From Clostridium sp. CAG:411 (lineage in GTDB: Bacteria > Bacillota > Clostridia > Lachnospirales > Lachnospiraceae): 64,000 nt of DNA. The stretch spans positions 45,534 through 109,533 of the forward strand of contig FR899730.1 in NCBI GenBank assembly GCA_000437275.1. Reading direction: 5' to 3'. Of this stretch, positions 56,598-64,000 are shown one piece after another; the first letter of the stretch is position 1; every line of letters starts with the position of its first letter. Under the pieces are notes generated by a model. It was not told the DNA's origin and searched no databases. It worked only from the letters and a program-made list of their open reading frames with translations. The translations under genes were made by a program, and so were the position numbers.

Positions 56598-56632
56598 AGA
56601 GTATTGCACAAAGGTGCGATACTCTTTTTTTC
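56598..56632 (+). terminator. Rho-independent terminator
   Basis: AGAGTATTGCAC pairs with GTGCGATACTCT around the loop AAAG, and TTTTTTT follows. Confidence 0.7.
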
Positions 56633-56654
56633 GCATATCGCAGAAAACTTGAAA

Positions 56655-56683
56655 AACAGCAAGTTGTGTGCTATAATAAATTA
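56655..56683 (+). promoter_or_regulatory. Consensus sigma-70 promoter (TTGAAA-N17-TATAAT) for glnS
   Basis: TTGAAAaacagcaagttgtgtgcTATAAT, about 80 nt upstream of the ATG. Confidence 0.45.
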
Positions 56684-56766
56684 TTGATTTGGTGTGAAGT
56701 ATGAAATGTTAAGGATACATTTTGACTGATACCAAAGGGAATACAATGGATACTTAAGGAGGAGAC

Positions 56767-58446
56767 ATGGTGGATAATGTTTCAGAAAAAAGCGAAGTGA
56801 TTTCAAAAAACTTTATTGAACAGATTATTGAGAAGGATTTGGCAGAAGGTGTTTACAAGGAAGTTGTAACAAGATTTCCACCAGAGCCAAATGGTTATCT
56901 TCATATAGGACATGCAAAATCAATTTTATTAAATGCAGGACTGGCAAAGAAGTATAATGGAAGATGGAATTTACGATTTGACGATACAAACCCTACCAAG
57001 GAAAAGACAGAGTTTGTGCAGTCTATTCAGGAAGATGTGGAATGGCTTACTGGAGAGAAGAAGCAGGAAATCTTTTATGCATCCAATTATTTTGATCAGA
57101 TGTATGAATCTGCTGTTAAGCTTATCAAAAAAGGAAAGGCTTATGTTTGTGAATTAACACCAGAACAGATTCGGGAATACAGAGGTACACTTACAGAACC
57201 TGGAAAGAACAGTCCTTACAGAGATAGAGATATAGAAGAAAATCTTCGACTTTTTGAGGAAATGAAGGACGGAAAGTATCCAGATGGTTCTATGGTGCTT
57301 CGTGCAAAGATTGATATGGCATCACCAAATATTAACATGCGTGATCCAATTCTTTATCGTGTGGCACGTATGACGCATCACAACACAGGAGATAAATGGT
57401 GTGTATATCCGATGTACGATTTCGCACATCCAATTGAGGATGCAATCGAGGGAGTGACACATTCTATTTGTACACTGGAATTTGAAGATCACAGACCATT
57501 GTACGACTGGGTGTTACGTGAATTAGAATGGGAGAACCCACCAAAGCAGATTGAGTTTTCAAAATTGTATTTGCAGAATGTAGTTACTGGAAAACGTTAT
57601 ATTAAAAAGCTTGTAGAAGACGGCATTGTAGATGGTTGGGATGACCCAAGACTTGTATCAATTGCTGCTTTAAGACGACGTGGATTTACACCAGAATCTT
57701 TAAAGAAGTTTATGGAATTGTGTGGTGTTTCCAAGAGTCAGAGTTCTGTTGACTATGCTATGTTAGAGTATTGTATTCGTGAAGATTTGAAATTAAAGCG
57801 TAGTCGTATGATGGCAGTATTGGACCCAATCAAGCTTGTAATTACGAATTATCCAGAAGGACAGATTGAATATTTGGATGTGGTAAATAACCAGGAAAAT
57901 GATCAGCTTGGTACAAGAAAAGTTCCGTTTGGTAGAGAGTTATATATTGAGCGAGAGGATTTCAAGATTGAACCACCTAAAAAATATTTCCGTTTGTTCC
58001 CTGGAAATGAAGTACGTTTGATGAATGCGTATTTTGTTAAGTGTGAAGAATATATTACAGATGAAACAGGAAAAGTAACAGAAATACATTGCACATATGA
58101 TCCAGAAACAAAATGTGGAACAGGATTTACAGGTAGAAAAGTAAAAGGTACTATCCATTGGGTAGAAGCTTCTACAGCAAAACCAGCAACGATAAGACTT
58201 TATGAAAATATTGTTGATGAGGAAAAAGGTGTTTATGATGAAGAGGGAAATATTAATCTTAACCCTAACTCATTACAGGTATTGGAAAATTGTTGGGTAG
58301 AACCTGAATTAGCAAATGCACAGGCTTTTGATAGTTTTCAGTTTGTAAGACAGGGATATTTCTGTGTAGATGCGAAGGATAGCAAAGATGGAAAACTGGT
58401 ATTTAATCGAATTGTTTCTTTGAAGAGTTCGTATAAACCAGCTTAA
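56767..58446 (+). CDS. glnS: Glutaminyl-tRNA synthetase
   Basis: [40 protein letters not shown]...[26 protein letters not shown]...CIYPMYDF is near-identical in its blocks to E. coli GlnRS. Confidence 0.85.
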   Translation: MVDNVSEKSEVISKNFIEQIIEKDLAEGVYKEVVTRFPPEPNGYLHIGHAKSILLNAGLAKKYNGRWNLRFDDTNPTKEKTEFVQSIQEDVEWLTGEKKQEIFYASNYFDQMYESAVKLIKKGKAYVCELTPEQIREYRGTLTEPGKNSPYRDRDIEENLRLFEEMKDGKYPDGSMVLRAKIDMASPNINMRDPILYRVARMTHHNTGDKWCVYPMYDFAHPIEDAIEGVTHSICTLEFEDHRPLYDWVLRELEWENPPKQIEFSKLYLQNVVTGKRYIKKLVEDGIVDGWDDPRLVSIAALRRRGFTPESLKKFMELCGVSKSQSSVDYAMLEYCIREDLKLKRSRMMAVLDPIKLVITNYPEGQIEYLDVVNNQENDQLGTRKVPFGRELYIEREDFKIEPPKKYFRLFPGNEVRLMNAYFVKCEEYITDETGKVTEIHCTYDPETKCGTGFTGRKVKGTIHWVEASTAKPATIRLYENIVDEEKGVYDEEGNINLNPNSLQVLENCWVEPELANAQAFDSFQFVRQGYFCVDAKDSKDGKLVFNRIVSLKSSYKPA

Positions 58447-58465
58447 TATAAAAGGGGGAAAAATT

Positions 58466-59305
58466 ATGGGGTTATTATCAGGATTAGAGTCATTGGGACT
58501 TGGCAAGATGCAGGAGACAGAAGTATTTGAAAAAGAGACACCGAAAGAAGAGAAGGGGGAAGTGGCAACTGCGCATAAAAAAACGGAATTAGATGTTTTA
58601 TTTGATAAGACATTTAAGTGCCCAGTATGTGATAATGAGTTTACTTCCAAAATGATACGAGCAGGAAAGAATAAACTTGTAAAACAGGAGTTGGATTTAC
58701 GAGCAATCTATGATACTGCGGATGCAGTGAAGTATGAACCTGTTGTGTGTCCAAAGTGCGGTTTTGCTGCATTAAATCGATTCTTCAAACCGATGGCTGT
58801 TGCACAGGAAAAATTAATAAAAGAAAAAATTTCTGCTAATTTCAAGGGGATTGAGCAGCCTGAAGGAGCATATTCCTATGATGATGCGATTCTTCGATAT
58901 AAACTTGTACTTGCAAGTACAGTTGTGAAAGGCGGAAAGAATAGTGAAAAGGCCTATGTTTGTCTGAAGATGGGATGGACTTATCGTGGAAAGGCAGAAA
59001 ATTTGCCGGAGGATACACCAAATCGAGAGGCAGTATTAAAAGAATTAAAAGCGGCAGAATTGGAATGCCTTCAAAATGCTTATGGTGGCTTTGTATCTGC
59101 GTTCTCACAGGAGTCATTCCCTATGTGTGGCATGGATGAAATGACAGTCACATATTTAGCAGCAGAATTGGCAAGAAGAATAGGAAAGACAGAAGAAGCA
59201 GCTAGATTAGCATCTACAATTATTACAAGTCGTTCTGCCAGTGAGCGTATTAAAGATCGTGCAAGAGAAATTAAAGATTTGATTAAAAAGCAAAAAGGTG
59301 AATAA
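58466..59305 (+). CDS. Zinc-ribbon plus helical-repeat protein (DUF2225-like); function unknown
   Basis: CPVCDNEF...CPKCGFAAL gives a C4 ribbon at the N-terminus, and the C-terminal half is helical and TPR-like. Confidence 0.4.
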   Translation: MGLLSGLESLGLGKMQETEVFEKETPKEEKGEVATAHKKTELDVLFDKTFKCPVCDNEFTSKMIRAGKNKLVKQELDLRAIYDTADAVKYEPVVCPKCGFAALNRFFKPMAVAQEKLIKEKISANFKGIEQPEGAYSYDDAILRYKLVLASTVVKGGKNSEKAYVCLKMGWTYRGKAENLPEDTPNREAVLKELKAAELECLQNAYGGFVSAFSQESFPMCGMDEMTVTYLAAELARRIGKTEEAARLASTIITSRSASERIKDRAREIKDLIKKQKGE

Positions 59306-59346
59306 TCTTATCTTTATTAGCATATGAAGCATATTGCATATAAAAA

Positions 59347-59388
59347 TGAAAAAGGTATATGAACCATTTACGGTTCATATACCTTTTT
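59347..59388. terminator. Bidirectional rho-independent terminator between converging genes
   Basis: AAAAA, then GGTATATGAACC, the loop ATTTAC, GGTTCATATACC, then TTTTT. The stem is a perfect 12 bp. Confidence 0.85.
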
Positions 59389-59490
59389 GACTTACACGAG
59401 TAACAAGTTAAAGTCTAGATTTATGTGAGGCTTTGGTAGCCATCACAATGACTTGAGAAATTTGTAAAGCGATTTCTATGTTTAAAAGTA

Positions 59491-61557
59491 TTATGCTCTT
59501 AAATCAAAAGAATAGCGAGAAATTCCTTGGGTAGCGGGTTCTGGTTCGATAAAGTCTTTTACAATATCTACTTCTTTTTCTAGCTTGGATACGGTACTAT
59601 TGCATAGATAACCTTTCTCCAGTAAGGCATCATTTAAAAGAGAAAGATTGTTCTCTAATAATTTTTTTGATTTTTCATCATTCAAACAGAAGTTAGCAGT
59701 GATCGTTCTGTTTTTTAGTTTTACATCAACATTTAAAGAGCCAAGATAATCCATATCTAAGTGCAGTAAAATATGAATTGGATTTTGCTGTTTGGATAAC
59801 TGTTTTTTTCTTGTATACACATACAAATCTGCATGTGTACAGGTATCCTGCATTTTTGTAGGTAATTGTACAAAAGAGAAAAATTGATTTAATAGTTTCA
59901 TAAAATCTAGATTATCTTTTAATTGTCCTAGGGATTCCTTTGCGTTTGTCTGCATATTGCTTGTTAAAATAGAGTTTTCAACTTGTTGTCGGGAAAGCAA
60001 TTGTTTGTCAAAAATATCATTTAGTTCATGTATTTGCTTTTCTAATTTGCGATAATAATGGTCAACCCCACCCTGTTGAAAAATATCTTTTGGTGTTAGC
60101 AACAAGGAATGAAGTAATTCCTTTTCTAACAGTCTGGAAAAGATTGGAGAGGAAAGCAATTGCGCGGCAGGCGTTTCTTCTGTGAAAGGTAAAACGGTTT
60201 TGATGGTTCGCATTAATTCGTTTGTATTGATTTCACCTGTTATAATTTTATTTTTTACCTGTTCATCTAATGGAAATTGTTTTAAAATCTGGTTAAATTC
60301 CATACGTTCCATATTATTTAATTGTCCACCTAATTCGTTGTTTTCTGTTTGCAATTGTGTAAATTGCTGTTCAATCTGATTGACAACTGGCGTATCGAAT
60401 AAGCTGGTACGGAGCATCTGTGCGTTGCTTTCTGCTGATTGATTTTTGGTTGCACTTTCTTCGGTGTTGGTCGTATCCATATTTGCATTTTCCATATCTA
60501 ATGCAAATGCCTGTTCAAAATCTTTGTGTATTAAATGAATGACCTGTCGTAAGGAAGCATTTCCAGAAAGGATGGCTTCTTTGGTGTTTTCGGGCAAGTC
60601 AAAATTTTCCAAAATAGATAGCAACTCTTGTTGTTCTGGCTCCGTAAGTTGCAGAGTAGTATCTGGAAGAACCGTTTTGCTGATTGGTGAAGCGGAAAGG
60701 GCAGTATCATATATGCAAGACATGATTCGGGCTGCTACGGATTGAAAAGGGTTTGCCGTGTGGTCATTCGTTTGTTGTGTATTTGGCGAATTGGTCAATG
60801 CTTCCTGTTCTGCTACAGTGGCAGCTTTTTTTGAAGAAGCGGAAAAAGTAGTAGGAATTTCTTCCTGCAAGTAAGGCTCTGCCATTTCACGTAAAAAAGT
60901 CGTTAAATCTGTTGTTAAGTTCTGTACTTGCGTTGTGATACTATTTGCATTATTTTCATAGCGTTCCAATTGTATTGCATTTGTTTCGGTGAGAGGAATT
61001 TGCAGTTTATTCATTAATACAAGGGTTGGAATTTGAATATCCTTGTGTTGATAAGCCAACTGCAACATTTGTTGTATTCCTTGTCTGTGAATAGGAAGTT
61101 GATTGTTCATTAATTCCAATACAATTTGTTGGTTTTTATCTGTTTTAGGAAGACCTGCCTCCTCTAATGCTTTTTGAATGGTACTATTTGCGAGTGCCAT
61201 ATCGGTACGTGGAAGAGCTTCTAAAACAATATTTTCCTGAGATGCGGAAGCTACTTTGAAAGCTGCAGTTTCCCCAATAGCAAGCCAGCTTCCGTTCTGC
61301 AATTTTCCTGCGACAGTAGTATTATTTTCTAAAGTGACGACAACTTCTGTATTTCTAAGATCCGTTACCTCGCCTTTTAAAATTTGTCCTGGATAGAGGG
61401 AACGGATACGTGTAGTTGTCCCGTAATTGCTCAATGTATTCGCTTGTTGCACCTGTGGACGAGAAGGTGTTGGTTGTGCAGAAGCACGATTTGGAATTGC
61501 CCTACCGCCTCGATTTCTGGGTGCATTTTGATTGATGCGATTGCTGGATAAGTTCAT
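59491..61557 (-). CDS. FliK-like protein (C-terminal Flg_hook-like domain); not linked to any flagellar operon in this window
   Basis: 688 aa and Q/N/T-rich. The C-terminal segment IHILLHLDMDYLGSLNVDVKLKNRTITANFCLNDEKSKKLLENNLSLLNDALLEKGY fits the Flg_hook pattern (L.L.P..LG.v.v.....). Confidence 0.4.
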   Translation of the reverse strand: MNLSSNRINQNAPRNRGGRAIPNRASAQPTPSRPQVQQANTLSNYGTTTRIRSLYPGQILKGEVTDLRNTEVVVTLENNTTVAGKLQNGSWLAIGETAAFKVASASQENIVLEALPRTDMALANSTIQKALEEAGLPKTDKNQQIVLELMNNQLPIHRQGIQQMLQLAYQHKDIQIPTLVLMNKLQIPLTETNAIQLERYENNANSITTQVQNLTTDLTTFLREMAEPYLQEEIPTTFSASSKKAATVAEQEALTNSPNTQQTNDHTANPFQSVAARIMSCIYDTALSASPISKTVLPDTTLQLTEPEQQELLSILENFDLPENTKEAILSGNASLRQVIHLIHKDFEQAFALDMENANMDTTNTEESATKNQSAESNAQMLRTSLFDTPVVNQIEQQFTQLQTENNELGGQLNNMERMEFNQILKQFPLDEQVKNKIITGEINTNELMRTIKTVLPFTEETPAAQLLSSPIFSRLLEKELLHSLLLTPKDIFQQGGVDHYYRKLEKQIHELNDIFDKQLLSRQQVENSILTSNMQTNAKESLGQLKDNLDFMKLLNQFFSFVQLPTKMQDTCTHADLYVYTRKKQLSKQQNPIHILLHLDMDYLGSLNVDVKLKNRTITANFCLNDEKSKKLLENNLSLLNDALLEKGYLCNSTVSKLEKEVDIVKDFIEPEPATQGISRYSFDLRA

Positions 61558-61635
61558 AAAATTTCCCCTTTTCTATATAAATGTACGCTAAACTTGTATT
61601 TTCAGTAAATTAGAGTTAAATTTATAAAAGTGCAA

Positions 61636-61757
61636 GAAAACCCACTGCCTTTAGGCGGCAAGAAACCCCACTGCCTTTAGGCGGTGGGTGCTCTTGTGCG
61701 AGGTGCGGGGTTCAAGCCCCGTGCCTCGTAAGGCACGCAGTGCCGCTTTTATATGAG
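61636..61757 (+). other. Structured intergenic element: an imperfect tandem ~26-nt direct repeat forming hairpins, a 13-bp hairpin with a T-loop-like loop, and a terminator; possible small RNA
   Basis: AAACCCACTGCCTTTAGGCGGCAAG is followed by AAACCCCACTGCCTTTAGGCGGTGGGTG, where CCCACTGCC and GGCGGTGGG can pair. GCGAGGTGCGGGG and CCCCGTGCCTCGT then form a stem around the loop TTCAAGC. GGCAC GCA GTGCC with GCTTTTAT follows. Confidence 0.3.
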
Positions 61758-61981
61758 CAAGTAGCGAAGCAGATTGCGAACATCCGCTTGACATTTTATA
61801 TTATATCGTTTTTGCTTGAAAAAGGAAAGGTTTTTAAATGGGAGGGAAAAGTGTTTTGAATATAATTACGTTGACTCTCTATATATGGTATAATATTATG
61901 AAAAGGAGAATTAGAGATTGTTTCTGTTTGCGGAATAAGACTTTTGATTTTGGTGTACAAAAAATAGGAGGGAGTTTTACA

Positions 61982-62470
61982 ATGAGAATAGATATATTGA
62001 AAAATGAAGTAGTGGTCAATGAAAAGAGTATAAAAATTGGTGGTGAAATTGACTCGGCGAACGCAGCTTTGAATGATAAAACATGCTACGATAGTGAGTT
62101 TTATTATGAAAATGGAGATGTTTTGATTAATATAGAGAATGACTGTATTTCCTACATAGAAATACGAAATGGATATAAGAGTGAAAAATATGTCTATTTA
62201 GATGATTTTGAAGTGTTGCATGAAAATAAAAAAGATGTTTTAGCGTTTTTGGAAAATAGAAACGAAGCACCACTTATACATGAAGACGAACAAACTGTAG
62301 TGGCACAAAATTTAGGAATTGTAATAGGTCTTGGAATAAGTGAAGAAGAAGTGCAGGAGTTAATACGTGAATCGAAAGCGGATGGTATGTATGAAACAAT
62401 GATGGAAGATATTGAAAAGGATATTTATCGTTCTATGCATATAGAATGCATTGGTATTAGAAAAGTATGA
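61982..62470 (+). CDS. Hypothetical cytoplasmic protein, 163 aa
   Basis: I chose the start MRIDILKNE... at the ATG at 61982, which has TAGGAGGGA 8 nt upstream. An extended -10 element (TGGTATAAT) at about 61886-61894 lies inside the longer track ORF that starts at 61838, which argues against that longer start. Confidence 0.4.
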   Translation: MRIDILKNEVVVNEKSIKIGGEIDSANAALNDKTCYDSEFYYENGDVLINIENDCISYIEIRNGYKSEKYVYLDDFEVLHENKKDVLAFLENRNEAPLIHEDEQTVVAQNLGIVIGLGISEEEVQELIRESKADGMYETMMEDIEKDIYRSMHIECIGIRKV

Positions 62471-62715
62471 CTAGGCTAGAATTGTCTGCATTATGAAAAG
62501 TAGAAGAGGAGGCGAATAGTAAAGGGAAAATAAAAAGAGGAAACGTTCCCTTGACACAAACCAATGCGTTGCACTGGTTGTTTGCAAAATAAAAATATGG
62601 TATACTACTACATATATGTACAAACACTTTGCATGGTATAGAAAAAGGATATTGTGTAAGGTGTTTCTATCATGTTTTGACAAAGTTTTGGAAACAAGAG
62701 TAAGGAGAGAATTTA

Positions 62716-64000
62716 GTGATAGAGCAGAGTAAAATTAGAAATTTTTGTATTGTAGCACATATTGATCATGGAAAATCAACCTTGGCGGACCGTATTATAG
62801 AAAAGACAGGCTTGTTGACCAGCCGTGAAATGCAGGCACAGGTTTTGGATAATATGGAATTAGAGCGTGAACGTGGAATTACAATCAAGGCACAGACCGT
62901 TCGTATTGTCTATAAGGCAAAGGATGGAGAAGAGTATATTTTCAATTTGATTGATACACCAGGGCATGTGGATTTTAATTATGAGGTTTCTAGAAGCCTT
63001 GCAGCCTGCGAAGGGGCAATCCTAATCGTGGATGCGGCACAGGGAATTGAAGCACAGACCTTGGCAAACTGTTATCTGGCATTAGACCATGATTTGGAGA
63101 TTTTACCAGTCATCAATAAGATTGACCTTCCAAGTGCAGATCCAGACCGTGTAAAAGCCGAAATTGAGGACATCATTGGATTAGACACAGAGAATGCTCC
63201 TTTAATATCCGCTAAATTGGGGTTAAATATTGAGGATGTTTTGGAACAGATCGTTGCACAGATTCCTGCTCCAAGTGGAGATATAAATGCACCATTGAAA
63301 GCATTGATTTTTGATTCATTATATGATGCCTATAAAGGTGTTATTGTATTTTGCCGTGTGTTTGATGGACGGGTGAAAAAAGGAACAAAGATGCGGATGA
63401 TTGCCACACAGGCAGAAGCAGAAGTAGTAGAAGTGGGAACATTTGGTGCTGGACAATTTATTCCATGTGAAGAATTGACGGCAGGTATGGTAGGTTATGT
63501 GACCGCTAGTCTTAAAAATGTAAAAGATACCAGAGTTGGTGATACGATTACAGATGCAGAACGTCCATGTGAAGAGGCACTTCCAGGTTATAAAAAAGTA
63601 AATCCTATGGTATATTGCGGATTGTATCCTGCGGATGGCTCAAAATATCCGGATTTGCGTGATGCATTGGAAAAATTACAATTAAATGATGCCTCATTGC
63701 AGTATGAACCTGAGACATCGATTGCATTGGGCTTTGGATTCCGTTGCGGATTTTTAGGGTTATTACATTTGGAAATTATACAAGAGCGTTTAGAGAGAGA
63801 GTACAATTTGGATATTGTAACAACCGCACCAAGTGTAATTTATAAGGTGTATAAGACCGATGGAGAAATGATAGAAATTACAAATCCATCCAATTTACCA
63901 GACCCATCTGAAATTGACCATATGGAAGAGCCTATTGTATCGGCAGAAATTATGGTTACAACAGAATTTGTTGGTCCAATCATGAATTTATGTCAGGAGA
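62716..64000 (+). CDS. lepA: Elongation factor 4 (LepA), N-terminal part; the gene continues beyond the window
   Basis: GTG start with a [46 protein letters not shown]...[36 protein letters not shown]...NKIDLP is canonical LepA. Confidence 0.85.
   Translation, partial: MIEQSKIRNFCIVAHIDHGKSTLADRIIEKTGLLTSREMQAQVLDNMELERERGITIKAQTVRIVYKAKDGEEYIFNLIDTPGHVDFNYEVSRSLAACEGAILIVDAAQGIEAQTLANCYLALDHDLEILPVINKIDLPSADPDRVKAEIEDIIGLDTENAPLISAKLGLNIEDVLEQIVAQIPAPSGDINAPLKALIFDSLYDAYKGVIVFCRVFDGRVKKGTKMRMIATQAEAEVVEVGTFGAGQFIPCEELTAGMVGYVTASLKNVKDTRVGDTITDAERPCEEALPGYKKVNPMVYCGLYPADGSKYPDLRDALEKLQLNDASLQYEPETSIALGFGFRCGFLGLLHLEIIQERLEREYNLDIVTTAPSVIYKVYKTDGEMIEITNPSNLPDPSEIDHMEEPIVSAEIMVTTEFVGPIMNLCQE

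Noticed and set aside
56633-56766. Possible T-box leader upstream of glnS
   Set aside because: The leader is only about 80 nt from the predicted TSS. It has no specifier-loop or antiterminator T-box sequence (AATTAGGGTGGNACCGCG-like), and no terminator precedes the RBS.
61690-61732. tRNA or tRNA-fragment (attachment-site remnant) suggested by a GGTTCAAGCCC-like T-arm
   Set aside because: The hairpin is a continuous 13-bp stem with no D-arm or anticodon arm, and no integrase or repeat partner is nearby. I read it as a structured element rather than a tRNA.
1-64000. CRISPR arrays, transposases/integrases, prophage genes, and toxin-antitoxin or restriction-modification defence genes
   Set aside because: I found no direct-repeat/spacer arrays and no DDE or tyrosine recombinase-like ORFs. 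The only repeats are codon-level ones, in the Pro/Thr linker and the K/E tails, plus the short intergenic duplication at 61636.

Overview
This window looks like a low-GC Firmicutes chromosome, probably a Clostridia-type anaerobe, but that is a guess from base composition and gene content. It has four parts.

(1) Positions 1-5350: an OmpR-type two-component pair reads away from a compact lasso-peptide-type RiPP cluster. The cluster holds an asparagine-synthetase-like cyclase (C), an HPr-kinase-like kinase (K), a 59-aa precursor ORF missing from the supplied track (A), a PqqD-like RRE (B1) and a transglutaminase-like leader protease (B2). A consensus sigma-70 promoter precedes it and a terminator closes it.

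(2) Positions 5465-51100: an exceptionally large cell-surface glycan locus of about 45 kb, all on the + strand. It starts with a Wzz/CpsC-like protein and a CpsD-like protein whose kinase motifs are degenerate. It then carries GT4, GT14 and many paralogous GT2 enzymes, two GT-D (DUF1792) domains with one fused to a GT2, two pyruvyl transferases next to an FrhB-like Fe-S protein, five acyltransferase-3 proteins, Wzx and Wzy candidates, two GtrB-like polyprenyl-phosphate glycosyltransferases, and five GT-C-like membrane proteins, three of them tandem paralogs. Embedded in the locus are two large secreted beta-helix proteins of the Pectate_lyase_3 or tailspike type. One of them sits behind a clear c-di-GMP-I (GEMM) riboswitch with a terminator expression platform.

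(3) Positions 51187-54378: two tandem cytoplasmic Cys/His-rich beta-helix proteins with GGAI repeats, of unknown function, converging on the glycan locus.

(4) Positions 54643-64000: housekeeping and miscellaneous genes. These are a eukaryote/His6-type HisA, a SleB-like cell-wall hydrolase, glnS, a DUF2225-like protein, a FliK-like protein and the start of lepA, plus a structured intergenic element with a terminator.

I found no transposases, integrases, CRISPR arrays, rRNAs or canonical tRNAs.
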